Positions 28,801 to 37,638 of a DNA stretch of 64,000 bases are shown here, piece by piece. The position numbers and the translations under genes are program-made. The stretch covers positions 1 through 64,000 of IMG/VR virus record IMGVR_UViG_3300021079_000001; one strand, given 5' to 3'. The notes beneath the pieces were generated by a model that saw only the letters and a list, made by a program, of their open reading frames with translations, was not told the origin of the DNA and did not search any database. Numbering within the stretch: position 1 is the stretch's first letter; each line of letters begins with the position of its first letter. This DNA comes from a virus.

Positions 28801-30796
28801 CTACAGTACTGTAGATCTCTATGAACGTGGTATGGCCTACCTGTATGCATATGGTATCATCAATTACTACTGTGAGAGTGAAGTGAATGTCTCCATGAGG
28901 CAGGCTTATAACATCAAGGAAGGTAACTTCTGGCCTAATGTGGGTACTGGTATACCGGATGAGTGGTTACAGGAAACTAACGTACCTATAGCATTCGATA
29001 ACACCTACACATACAACAAGACATACTCAGGTCAGAATAAGCAAACAGCATTCACTACTCTACGTCCAGACTGGGCACCTGATCAGGTGTGTTATATAGA
29101 CTACAACAATAGGGCTATATGGAGTGATAAGAGTTCACTGGAGGAGACTAAGAACAACTATCTTATATACAGACCAGCTAATCTATTCGACTTCCCTAAG
29201 AACTTCGGACAACTAGTAGCACTGGATAGGTTAGAGTCACGTACAGTACTGGTAAGGTATCAGAACCATTTCCAGTTATACAACGCAATGGCTACTGTGG
29301 ACACGTCATCACTCACTGCTGTACTGGGCACTGGAGCACTGTTCTCCGGTAGTCAACCTGTGGATATCAATATCACTGATGTAGGCTACTGTGGTACGCA
29401 GAATAAGTTCATACTCAACACAGAGCAGGGGCATATCATGGCAGATGCCTACAGGGGTAAGGTGATACTATTACGAGGTACCAGTGTAGAGGAACTATCT
29501 GGACCAAAGTACCTGAACTCAAAGTACTTCCAGGATAACTTACCATTCCAGATACTCAACACATTCCCTAATGTGAGCGTGGATAATAACTTCAATGGGG
29601 TTGGACTGCATGGAGTATATGACAACTTCTACAAGAGGTTCATACTCACTAAGTTGGACTACGTACCTATAGTAGATGGTATACAGTATGACGGTACTAA
29701 CTTTTATATAGAGAGAGCAATATCATCTACTCAACAACAATCTACCACAGGTAACCCGGTTATGACATGTTGTCCAGATGGTTATAATCTGTTTGCAGCT
29801 TCTTTTCCTCCGTTGTATATTGGATGTTATCCTGATTCTGGCCCACCTATACCAACTATATCGTGTGGTGTGAATGCTGGTGTATCTGGTACAGTAACTT
29901 GTTGCCCGGAAGGGTATATATACATATTAGCAGGTCTGGAATCTGATATTCCATTATGTTATAACCCTATAACAACAGGAAAGGCTACACCATTCAGATG
30001 TCCTTACATAGACACTACTGACACTATATATGAGAAAGTGGTAGTGCAATTAACTGACCCTACATACTTCTGTAACAAGTCACTAACAATGTCATTCTCA
30101 TTCCTCAGTAATGCATGGATATCATGGCATAGTTATCTACCTAACTTCTATATAGAGTATAGTAACTTCTTCCAGGCAGCACTCAACAGTAATCAGAACA
30201 GGGGTAATGAGTGTACAGTGTATGACCACAATAGCACATTCTCATTATTTAATAACTTCTTCGACAACCCATACCCATATATAGTGGAATACCCATTCAT
30301 ATACAAGTTCGAGGACCAGATACTACAGAGCATATCGGAATACATAACAGTACTGAAGTACACATCAGACACTATCTACAATGAGCCCAATGAATTTATC
30401 TACTTCAATAAGATGATCGCATACAATAACCAGCAGAATACAGGGCTGTGTGTAGTAGTACCAAAGGACGAGAGTAACCTGTATGCATATAGTCAGTACC
30501 CTATATATAATGCAGCCAGTACTAGTATACTGGTGGGTAAGGTAGACCACATATATAACACTAACATGTACTGGGATAAGGTAGTAGATACTAACGCTCC
30601 TATATGGCTAGACACATGTGACCCTATACAGGGTAGTAAAGTATTGAATAACGCTAATCTGGACTACAATGTACGGTCATTCAGAAAGTATCAGCTACGG
30701 GCCAAGGATTTAAAGGTACGATGTATATTAGATAACAGGAACGATGTAAAGATGATCAGTAGGTTCACAATAACTCAAACTCAGGATAGTAAATAA
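25808..30796 (+). CDS. tail stabilisation (muzzle) protein
   Basis: 1662 aa; 'NEEGN', 'LYFTD..RYIDL', 'GYFRDEVY', 'PIRHHKFPD', 'FTFHSPD', 'YGGDCFI', 'WISWHSYLP' motifs of the crAss muzzle. Confidence 0.88.
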   Translation: MAVSNTPIQPRAGINTDSIISEVGAGYLTDALNAINSAVNGMQISYQNEEGNVLCLTMPSGYKCIGLKNITQLNNTYYFLTNPTTGYSIFGYVVNSQCIFNSLIDDTVTGSDVIGWNIGHPIQKVEVKTTNCSTQLYFTDRYNVRRYIDLNNLPFYTGTTAVDTNEMAVQPTFAIPNIHVNKIAVGGNIIEGDYQFCIQYADVRSNGLTRFYSVTNPVRIFLQGKTSLDYNLLTNQAIQVDISNLDTTGLYSYFNLVVIKTINAVTTCEYVGTYHIQTATYTHTYTALEQSSINTPITLTEVMEQFEYYDIAGTLCQVDNVLVWGDLIKEEDISYQSIWSQVQVGWGTSQVPYGSYGQMLGYSDGTVCANYEGYFRDEVYALEGCFLFANGKQSIRCHIPGRVATAYDLTFVVPNSDTTSIEEGTCPTPLLPRWKVYNTGSPTGMLPGSSDPCTGVRPWEHGTMSYWESTDVYPANTAIWGPLANQPIRHHKFPDSTVTHIHDSAGNVYPIGFTVDIASLRNAIATSSLTQAQRNSIVGFKVMRSDRGADRSVVAKGLLFNCGQYTKDGSTYFYPNYPFNDVRPDPFISSQPVGNKSGDNATHRLNDFQKDRFTFHSPDTHFFQAAGIQGSFLKLETAEFGNCTSHFVQVKDNAGEKIITKQVLEISFVVACLSTISLEFDKSNSTTTGTEDLDTTSTHVMPKLDINNFFPTYNTMLEVLTKLVPYFNYGWQYNGVGQYNNFVKVPNDVGNKIRLIQHGGYVNSGINSTFGDIYPLNNTDRESSVYVAVNSTLPYTHEQGALQDTSRVTAGQAGVCNHSTPFIREVSSYYCSLKRQLDDQYGEIFSYQVVDTGTQSKLLDSNGNRITTLPIVYGGDCFINQFALKIKQAFYLKSTVNRPDGYDINYNQDAFSHTNTGNIGYPIYYYSTDNETLAGDNPFGPGLQHLQDLFNTPIGIGILILTGGLALVAVMLELVAELFGSVFFQSFGLKITNLECNNYSTVDLYERGMAYLYAYGIINYYCESEVNVSMRQAYNIKEGNFWPNVGTGIPDEWLQETNVPIAFDNTYTYNKTYSGQNKQTAFTTLRPDWAPDQVCYIDYNNRAIWSDKSSLEETKNNYLIYRPANLFDFPKNFGQLVALDRLESRTVLVRYQNHFQLYNAMATVDTSSLTAVLGTGALFSGSQPVDINITDVGYCGTQNKFILNTEQGHIMADAYRGKVILLRGTSVEELSGPKYLNSKYFQDNLPFQILNTFPNVSVDNNFNGVGLHGVYDNFYKRFILTKLDYVPIVDGIQYDGTNFYIERAISSTQQQSTTGNPVMTCCPDGYNLFAASFPPLYIGCYPDSGPPIPTISCGVNAGVSGTVTCCPEGYIYILAGLESDIPLCYNPITTGKATPFRCPYIDTTDTIYEKVVVQLTDPTYFCNKSLTMSFSFLSNAWISWHSYLPNFYIEYSNFFQAALNSNQNRGNECTVYDHNSTFSLFNNFFDNPYPYIVEYPFIYKFEDQILQSISEYITVLKYTSDTIYNEPNEFIYFNKMIAYNNQQNTGLCVVVPKDESNLYAYSQYPIYNAASTSILVGKVDHIYNTNMYWDKVVDTNAPIWLDTCDPIQGSKVLNNANLDYNVRSFRKYQLRAKDLKVRCILDNRNDVKMISRFTITQTQDSK

Positions 30797-30800
30797 TATG

Positions 30801-30808
30801 TAACTTCG
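30801..30808 (+). promoter_or_regulatory. possible -7 element TAACTTCG, 4 nt before ATG
   Basis: One mismatch to TAnnTTTG, in a 16-nt intergenic gap. Confidence 0.35.
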
Positions 30809-30812
30809 TACT

Positions 30813-33515
30813 ATGGCAAAGTGGTTAACAAGGTATGCTAAAGGTGGTGACAAAGTAAAGGATAAGAAATCTACCAAACCTCCTATCTATATAACTCATG
30901 ATCCTAATGATCCAAGGATACAGGCAAGGAATGATAGTAACTATTTACATGCCCATCTGCAAGCTGATTATAATAAGAGTTCTATAGCTAATTATAATGC
31001 AAATACAATACCTTATGATAAATTTGCCAGCAAACTTAACCCCTTCAGTAAGACTAAAACATATTCTAAAGAAGAAGCTGAAAAAATATATAATGATTAC
31101 TATAGACAACATGTAAATAATAATTCACTAACTCTACATAATATAGGAAGTCATCTAAAGGGAAATAGTTTAAATTATTACATTGATGGTACCCCTAGTG
31201 AACCAGTACCAAGTAGAAAATACGGTGGTTGGTTAGATCAGTATCAAGATGGTGGTTTGACACCAAATCAACTTGCACAACTAAGACAGGGTGCACAACA
31301 GTATCAAAATACTCAAAGTGATTATGTAGATGGGGTATATAACCCAAGTGCTAGAACAGTAAGGCAACTTGCTTCAATTACACCTGAACAGATGCAATTG
31401 ATGGAAATGCAAAAAAGACAAAATGAATCTAAAATAGGACCAGCTCAACCAAGAAGAAGTGCTTGGGGCAAAGCAGGTGCTATTGCTAGAAACCCAATGA
31501 CTGCTGCACAGTATGTAGTACAAGGTCAACCTATTCCCGACTATTTTGAAAAAGGTGACAGAAATATTTATGACTATGCTACAGATGTACTTAACCCAAT
31601 GACCTATGTAGATGCTGGTAAAAGAACTGCTACACTGGAACATCTTAGAAACATGAAGAGTTTACAAGATCTTCCTGGTGCAGCACTTAATACAGCATTA
31701 GATATAGCTGCTCTTACAGGTTTAGCAAGTGAATTTAAAGCAAGACCTAATGTTTTACCTGTAGATGGACCTACTGCATATACATCAGGAGAACTGAAGA
31801 AACCGATGAGTTCTGAACAACAGGATAAAGCTATTAATAATTGGTTGGATAACTACAGAAATAGTAAATCTATACCAGAGGCAGGATATAGTACATATAC
31901 AGTACCTGAACATTTAGATGATGCTTTTCATAGTTTAGTACAATCTCATACTAATGCAGGACTCTTTGCTGATAGAAATGGAATAAATAGATTTCTGTCA
32001 GAAGGAAACTTTAAAACACCATCGGATGCTATAACAGCTTATAGTCAAACTCCTCAAGGACAAAGATTAGAAAGTGCTGCTATAACTGCATTAGGTAATC
32101 CAAATCTTTTAAGAAACCCTTGGAGAAATTTAGATGTAACTGCAGGAGAAAGAGCAGATGTTATTCCAAAGAGTGATTATGAATGGTATAATGATTTTAC
32201 ATTGCCTCCAACTAATCAAAATATTGCTGCATATTTAAGAGATAATAGATCTGTAGGATTGGGCGCATGGAATAATAGACCTGATCTAAGATCAATATTT
32301 GAAAATGCATCTAACGAACAGTCTGCATTATCAGATAGATTTAGTAACATTAGACATAATATTAGAAATACTATACCTCCTGGTGCTGAAAGAGAGGAAG
32401 CAGAAAGGTTATCTGGTATACAACATGGGAAAGAGTATGAAACTATAAGTGCAAGACTTGCTAATCAGATAGAACAGGCACCTAATATGAGATTTAGACC
32501 TGCTCCTTCTGAGTCTCCTGCTGCTACAGGATTAGAGTATTATAATAATAGAAACTTCCAGAATCTTCGTAGTATGGGGGATTTATATAGAGGAGAATAT
32601 GATAGAATACTAAGAACTCCAACTACACCTCAATATAAATTTAGAACTCCTCCAGTTCCAGATAAACCTATAGAGGATATACTTAATGAAGTAGGAGTTA
32701 GTAAGGAAGATGCAGATGCTTTCAAAACACACTTGAATAAGCCAAAGTCTGCACCTGGCATGTTGGATTACTCTGGAGGATTAAAAGAAGATATTCATAT
32801 AAGTGATAAGAGTATACTAGAGAATACTGATGATATACCAAAACAGATAAAAACTTATGAAGATATAAAATCAAAGTTAAATCCTGATGATAGAAATCAT
32901 GCTAAGGTGATAGCTCAACTTAACAGAAATCTATCAGATTTATACTCTACTAACTGGTTACGCAATGGTTTTCAGTATGAGTTAGCAAAAGAGGGAAAAG
33001 TTCCCACTAAGAAGAACTTATCTATACATACAATGGGAAGTGGTACAAAGTATCTGATAGATGAAGATGGTAAGGTATTAGGTAACATTTCAGGTATAGA
33101 TCCAAGTAGACCAAGAGTAGGAACTGCTGCTCTTTTAGAAGAGCATCACTCTGCAGTTGATCCTAATAACAATATGTCAGATGCTCTGTATAGAGGTATT
33201 AATCAAGGTCTAATGAAGGCTTATAATACTAATCTGGAAACTGCTAAGAACTTTGCATATACAGAACACTTTAATCCAACGACTGGAGAAGTAGAGAGAT
33301 TGCAAAGAGCAAAGAACTATTGGGAAAGTAGAATGAAACCAAGAAAAGGACTGAATGATTTACCTGCTGCAGAACCTACAGACTATGGAAACATTAAAAT
33401 GATTAGAGGATTAGCACCTTTTGTAGGAGTAGGAATAGGAGCAGCAGCAATGTCTCAACAAGATAATAAAAAATACGGTGGAGCAATTAACAAGAAGTGG
33501 TTATCAAAATATTAG
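30813..33515 (+). CDS. virion cargo-type protein, 900 aa, with W-L-x-x-Y and xxGG motifs
   Basis: Position after the muzzle; YAKGG, KYGG, YQDGG and terminal KYGG; hydrophobic segment near the C-terminus. Confidence 0.65.
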   Translation: MAKWLTRYAKGGDKVKDKKSTKPPIYITHDPNDPRIQARNDSNYLHAHLQADYNKSSIANYNANTIPYDKFASKLNPFSKTKTYSKEEAEKIYNDYYRQHVNNNSLTLHNIGSHLKGNSLNYYIDGTPSEPVPSRKYGGWLDQYQDGGLTPNQLAQLRQGAQQYQNTQSDYVDGVYNPSARTVRQLASITPEQMQLMEMQKRQNESKIGPAQPRRSAWGKAGAIARNPMTAAQYVVQGQPIPDYFEKGDRNIYDYATDVLNPMTYVDAGKRTATLEHLRNMKSLQDLPGAALNTALDIAALTGLASEFKARPNVLPVDGPTAYTSGELKKPMSSEQQDKAINNWLDNYRNSKSIPEAGYSTYTVPEHLDDAFHSLVQSHTNAGLFADRNGINRFLSEGNFKTPSDAITAYSQTPQGQRLESAAITALGNPNLLRNPWRNLDVTAGERADVIPKSDYEWYNDFTLPPTNQNIAAYLRDNRSVGLGAWNNRPDLRSIFENASNEQSALSDRFSNIRHNIRNTIPPGAEREEAERLSGIQHGKEYETISARLANQIEQAPNMRFRPAPSESPAATGLEYYNNRNFQNLRSMGDLYRGEYDRILRTPTTPQYKFRTPPVPDKPIEDILNEVGVSKEDADAFKTHLNKPKSAPGMLDYSGGLKEDIHISDKSILENTDDIPKQIKTYEDIKSKLNPDDRNHAKVIAQLNRNLSDLYSTNWLRNGFQYELAKEGKVPTKKNLSIHTMGSGTKYLIDEDGKVLGNISGIDPSRPRVGTAALLEEHHSAVDPNNNMSDALYRGINQGLMKAYNTNLETAKNFAYTEHFNPTTGEVERLQRAKNYWESRMKPRKGLNDLPAAEPTDYGNIKMIRGLAPFVGVGIGAAAMSQQDNKKYGGAINKKWLSKY

Positions 33516-33518
33516 ACT

Positions 33519-36500
33519 ATGACACACAAATTCATGAAGTTAGCTAAGGTAAAGAGTGAGAAGGAATTCTATAAGAAGTTCCCAACAGAGGAGCACTTCT
33601 TCAAGGCTCACCCAATGGCTAGGTATGGGTATGCACTGAAGGCAGATGGAGGTACTCCTATGAACCTCAATGGTCCACAGCCCCCTGGGGAAAGATCCCG
33701 AACTGAATATGCTGGAGGTACTCCTATGGAACTCAATGGTCCACAGCCTATACAGAACCCACAGGGACTACCAACTAGGGATATAGAGGCAGGTATATAT
33801 AAATCTGGAGATATTCCACAACAGAACGTATACCAGGCACAGAAGCAGTATGATATGAGTATGCCAGTACAGGGTCAGCCAGGTAATGTTCCCGGTAGTG
33901 GACCTAGTGGTATGGCAGATGCTATGGATGATCCTAATGAACCTAATCAACCTGGTACTCCTCCTGATATGGGTGGTAATAATAATAAGGGACTTAGCAA
34001 GAGGCAACAAGCTGGACAGAGGTTCAAACAAGGAGCAGCTAAGGTAGGACAATGGGCTGGTGAACATGCAGGAGACCTATGGGCAGGAGCAACACAGGCA
34101 CTCAATATGGCTATACCACAGACACCGGTAAGACAAAATGTAAACCCGTATCAAATGGCTATCAACACTAACCCACAAGGTACAGGAAGTCATGCTGCTG
34201 CTAAGAATGGTACCAAGATGAAGAAGGGAAAGTATGCAGCAGATGGTACACAAATGCCTCAACAACCACTTAACTGGGACAACTTTAACGACTTCCATGC
34301 AGATCAGTCACGTAACAACCCACAGTACGGAACAGATACGCTTAACCATGGAAACTTCAACAATGAAGCTCTTTCTCAGTGGAACACTGTACATCCTGCA
34401 CAAGCTATACAACCAAACGACATATCAAGATATCAACAAGAAGGTAACGCAGATCCTACAGTAAGAAAACAGTTTGGGCCAAGTAACATAAAGGGTATAC
34501 TTGGCAGTAAGACAACTGGTTATAGTAAAATGGAGCATCAGTATGAACATTATGCCCCTTATACTGCTCCCGGAGGAGAAAGAAAATACGGGCTAGTTGA
34601 TCAGAAGGACTTTCGCACAGATGCTAATAAGGCAAACCAGTATATAGCCAGTCAGCAACCCAGAGATGAATATAAAGGATTCGGAGATCCCACACAAGAT
34701 GTAAACTACAAGGCACCTGGACAGGTAAGTGGGTTCAGTAACCCCTCACAACCTACTGCAGTACAGCCACAAGGACTGAAGGCGACAGGATTTCCCACAT
34801 ACGAACAATCAAAACAGAAGTACAACGAAAGGAAGGCATCAGGTAAGAAACTACCATCCAACTACTTTACAGGTAAGAGCAGTAGGCAATCAGGAGATCC
34901 TATAGGTGATGTACGTATGGGTAATGCTGATGAGGCATATACAGGTACCAAGATGTTCCCGGATAGTATCAACAGAGGTAAAAGGAACACCTACTTCGAT
35001 GATCCTGTGAAGAGTATACACATGGCAGAAGGTGGTGCACTATCTCCAGAGGATGCCGCTATATCCAAGGTGCTGATGGAACGTAATAGGGGTAAGAACT
35101 TTGTAGATAGGGCATTCTCTGCAGGTAATATACAGAAAGGACATATTGATAATGGCACTAAAGAGGATGATAAATATGAGCTACCATCACTTCCTAACTC
35201 ATCAGTTGCAGCATACCCATCTATACGAGATCCTCAGAATATGGGAGGGTATCAGTCACATAGAATGAGTTACTCAACAGGTGAGAAGTACGCTCCAGGT
35301 AAATATGCAGGACCTTATAGAGTGTATCCAGATATAGTACAGGACAAGTCAGGAAGATTGAAGAATCTTGGCAGAAAGGCTGAGGGATATGCAGAAGAGA
35401 CAGGTGAATATATAGAAGCTCCTACCCAACATGCTGCTGATGCTCTCTCCAATTACGGATACAAGAAGGCAACAGGTATACCTACATATGCTAATGGAGG
35501 CTATATGAAGATGGATGCAGGTGGATTCAGTAATACTCCAATACATGTACAAGGTCCTGCAGAGTACCTATCACTGGAGTCTATTGAACTACATGGTAAA
35601 TCACATGCAGCACATGGGCAGAAGATATATGCCAATGGTACACATGTAGAGGCTGAAGGACCTAATGGAGACGGTACAGGTGTAGGAGAGATAGTAGCCA
35701 ATGAACCACGTACAGGCACTCCACATGTACTGGGTAATCTACGCACATTACCGGAAACTGCTATGAAGTTAGCTGAAATGGGAGTGAAAGTAGGTAACAA
35801 CATGAAACACAAGGAAGTAGGTGAGATAATAGCCAAGGCAGAGAGAAATAACGACAAAATACAGACTAAGGTAAACTACCTGTTGAATACCAACCAACCT
35901 GGAGCTAACTATCAGGGTCCCTCATTCAACAGTGGTAAAGTGCTGGCAGATATACATGCTCAGAATAAAGTGAAGACAGATACAGCCAAACAGCTAGTAA
36001 TGGACGATATGAATATGCAGAATGATATAGCTGAGAAGATGGGTATGGACCCTAAGAAAGTAGGTAACTACATGAAGGATGCACAGAAGCTATCAGCAAA
36101 GTATGGAGTCAAGATGGCTGCAGGTGGGTCACTATACCAACCACTACAGATCACACCGGCAATGCCTACACAACACAGTCAGATAACACCACTATATGAT
36201 ATAGCACCTATGACTACCCGTAAGGATTGGGCTAATGATGGAAGTGCAGGTGGCAAACCTCGGTCATACATAACCAAGAGCCCTACTACAGTACCCGGTG
36301 ATATGATATTTGCTGCTAAAGGAGCTAAGGTTCCTGCAGCACAACGTGACAATACACCACTAACAGCTCAGGATATAGCAGAATTTGAAGATCTTAGGAA
36401 GAGCAACCCAGAGATGTTCACTGAAGACTATGGGCAGGGTAGAAAGAATGCTAAGTTACCAGGAGAAGGTAAACTGGCACTATGGGGACCTGGGTATAGG

Positions 36501-37544
36501 AATGTAAAAGAACATGCAGGAAAGTATACACAGACACCTAATCCTCCTGACTACATGAGTGTAGCATATCCTCCGTATATAGTACCAGTAGGTGATGACA
36601 ACCCACATATTACAGTACCTGAAGTAGACTGGAATAATAGAGAGAAACTGAATACACAACCGGGGCCAGATGTTAGTATGCTGAAGAACCCTAATGTAGA
36701 ACTCAATAAGTACACTCCAGCACAGAGACCAACTACCCATAAGGGAATACGGAACAGAGCTGGAATAACTGACTACCTACCGGAGATCATGAGTGCATTC
36801 GATCAGATAGAACCAGTACAGAGTCTACAGGCACGAACCAATCTGGAGGATACCTACACTATTGACTTTCAGAATGAGATTAATGATGTTAATCGGAGTT
36901 ATGATACTGCTATAAAAGCAGCTGCTAATAATCCTGGAGCACAAGCTACATTATTAGCACAAAAAAGCGAGGATCTCGGTAAAATACATACTAAAGCATT
37001 TCAGTACAACCAACAGAACCAAGGTGGTATAAGGGGTCGTAATATAGAAAGACTGGATAAAAGAGATGCAATGAACTTGCAACTGGACTCACAGAAACTG
37101 GATAGACAAGCCGCTGCTAAAGAAGCACATAGTGAGAGGATATTCGGAGCAGCATCTTCAATATCAAAAAATGAGCCACAGAGAAGGGCCCAGAACTGGA
37201 TGTTAGGTGCTGATGAAAAGGCTACAGGGTATATCATACAAGACAAAGATGGTAACTACCACAGGATAACACCAGATCACGAATATGCACACGATGGTCC
37301 ATATGGTATCAGTTCACTAGCTAATGATAAATCAACTACAGAAACAAAGTCATGGAAAGATCCAAAGACCGGAGAGACCTGGAAAAAAGTAACTAAAGAT
37401 GATGGTAATAACTACTACGGAGGTTATATGATGTCAGGTGGAGCTATGGGTGGAATGGCAGGAGGTACTATGGCTATGAGAGGTCCCAGTTACTTCGGTG
37501 TAGGTGGAGCAGATACTAAGAAGAAGAAAAAGAGAAAGAGCTAA
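33519..37544 (+). CDS. virion cargo protein, 1341 aa, low complexity, punctuated by xxGG motifs
   Basis: Many (M/Y/K)AxGG motifs; 'GKSHAAHG..VEAEG..GE' segment resembling crAss cargo proteins. Confidence 0.7.
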   Translation: MTHKFMKLAKVKSEKEFYKKFPTEEHFFKAHPMARYGYALKADGGTPMNLNGPQPPGERSRTEYAGGTPMELNGPQPIQNPQGLPTRDIEAGIYKSGDIPQQNVYQAQKQYDMSMPVQGQPGNVPGSGPSGMADAMDDPNEPNQPGTPPDMGGNNNKGLSKRQQAGQRFKQGAAKVGQWAGEHAGDLWAGATQALNMAIPQTPVRQNVNPYQMAINTNPQGTGSHAAAKNGTKMKKGKYAADGTQMPQQPLNWDNFNDFHADQSRNNPQYGTDTLNHGNFNNEALSQWNTVHPAQAIQPNDISRYQQEGNADPTVRKQFGPSNIKGILGSKTTGYSKMEHQYEHYAPYTAPGGERKYGLVDQKDFRTDANKANQYIASQQPRDEYKGFGDPTQDVNYKAPGQVSGFSNPSQPTAVQPQGLKATGFPTYEQSKQKYNERKASGKKLPSNYFTGKSSRQSGDPIGDVRMGNADEAYTGTKMFPDSINRGKRNTYFDDPVKSIHMAEGGALSPEDAAISKVLMERNRGKNFVDRAFSAGNIQKGHIDNGTKEDDKYELPSLPNSSVAAYPSIRDPQNMGGYQSHRMSYSTGEKYAPGKYAGPYRVYPDIVQDKSGRLKNLGRKAEGYAEETGEYIEAPTQHAADALSNYGYKKATGIPTYANGGYMKMDAGGFSNTPIHVQGPAEYLSLESIELHGKSHAAHGQKIYANGTHVEAEGPNGDGTGVGEIVANEPRTGTPHVLGNLRTLPETAMKLAEMGVKVGNNMKHKEVGEIIAKAERNNDKIQTKVNYLLNTNQPGANYQGPSFNSGKVLADIHAQNKVKTDTAKQLVMDDMNMQNDIAEKMGMDPKKVGNYMKDAQKLSAKYGVKMAAGGSLYQPLQITPAMPTQHSQITPLYDIAPMTTRKDWANDGSAGGKPRSYITKSPTTVPGDMIFAAKGAKVPAAQRDNTPLTAQDIAEFEDLRKSNPEMFTEDYGQGRKNAKLPGEGKLALWGPGYRNVKEHAGKYTQTPNPPDYMSVAYPPYIVPVGDDNPHITVPEVDWNNREKLNTQPGPDVSMLKNPNVELNKYTPAQRPTTHKGIRNRAGITDYLPEIMSAFDQIEPVQSLQARTNLEDTYTIDFQNEINDVNRSYDTAIKAAANNPGAQATLLAQKSEDLGKIHTKAFQYNQQNQGGIRGRNIERLDKRDAMNLQLDSQKLDRQAAAKEAHSERIFGAASSISKNEPQRRAQNWMLGADEKATGYIIQDKDGNYHRITPDHEYAHDGPYGISSLANDKSTTETKSWKDPKTGETWKKVTKDDGNNYYGGYMMSGGAMGGMAGGTMAMRGPSYFGVGGADTKKKKKRKS
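33647..33748 (+). repeat. 36-bp imperfect direct repeat, 66-bp period, encoding GGTPM(N/E)LNGPQP
   Basis: TGGAGGTACTCCTATG(AAC/GAA)CTCAATGGTCCACAGCC at 33647 and 33713. Confidence 0.85.
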
Positions 37545-37606
37545 CTAATCTGGTGAGGAATTTCCAGTAATCTATATATACAATCTAACTAAGTTCACTA
37601 CCTTTG
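37541..37606 (+). promoter_or_regulatory. promoter region: palindrome CTAACTA-ATC-TGGTGAG (37541-37557) and -7 element TACCTTTG (37599-37606)
   Basis: Same 58-bp spacing; upstream of the cargo/RNAP genes. Confidence 0.75.
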
Positions 37607-37638
37607 TAAAGAGAGGTCTGTGAACCTAATCATATAAT

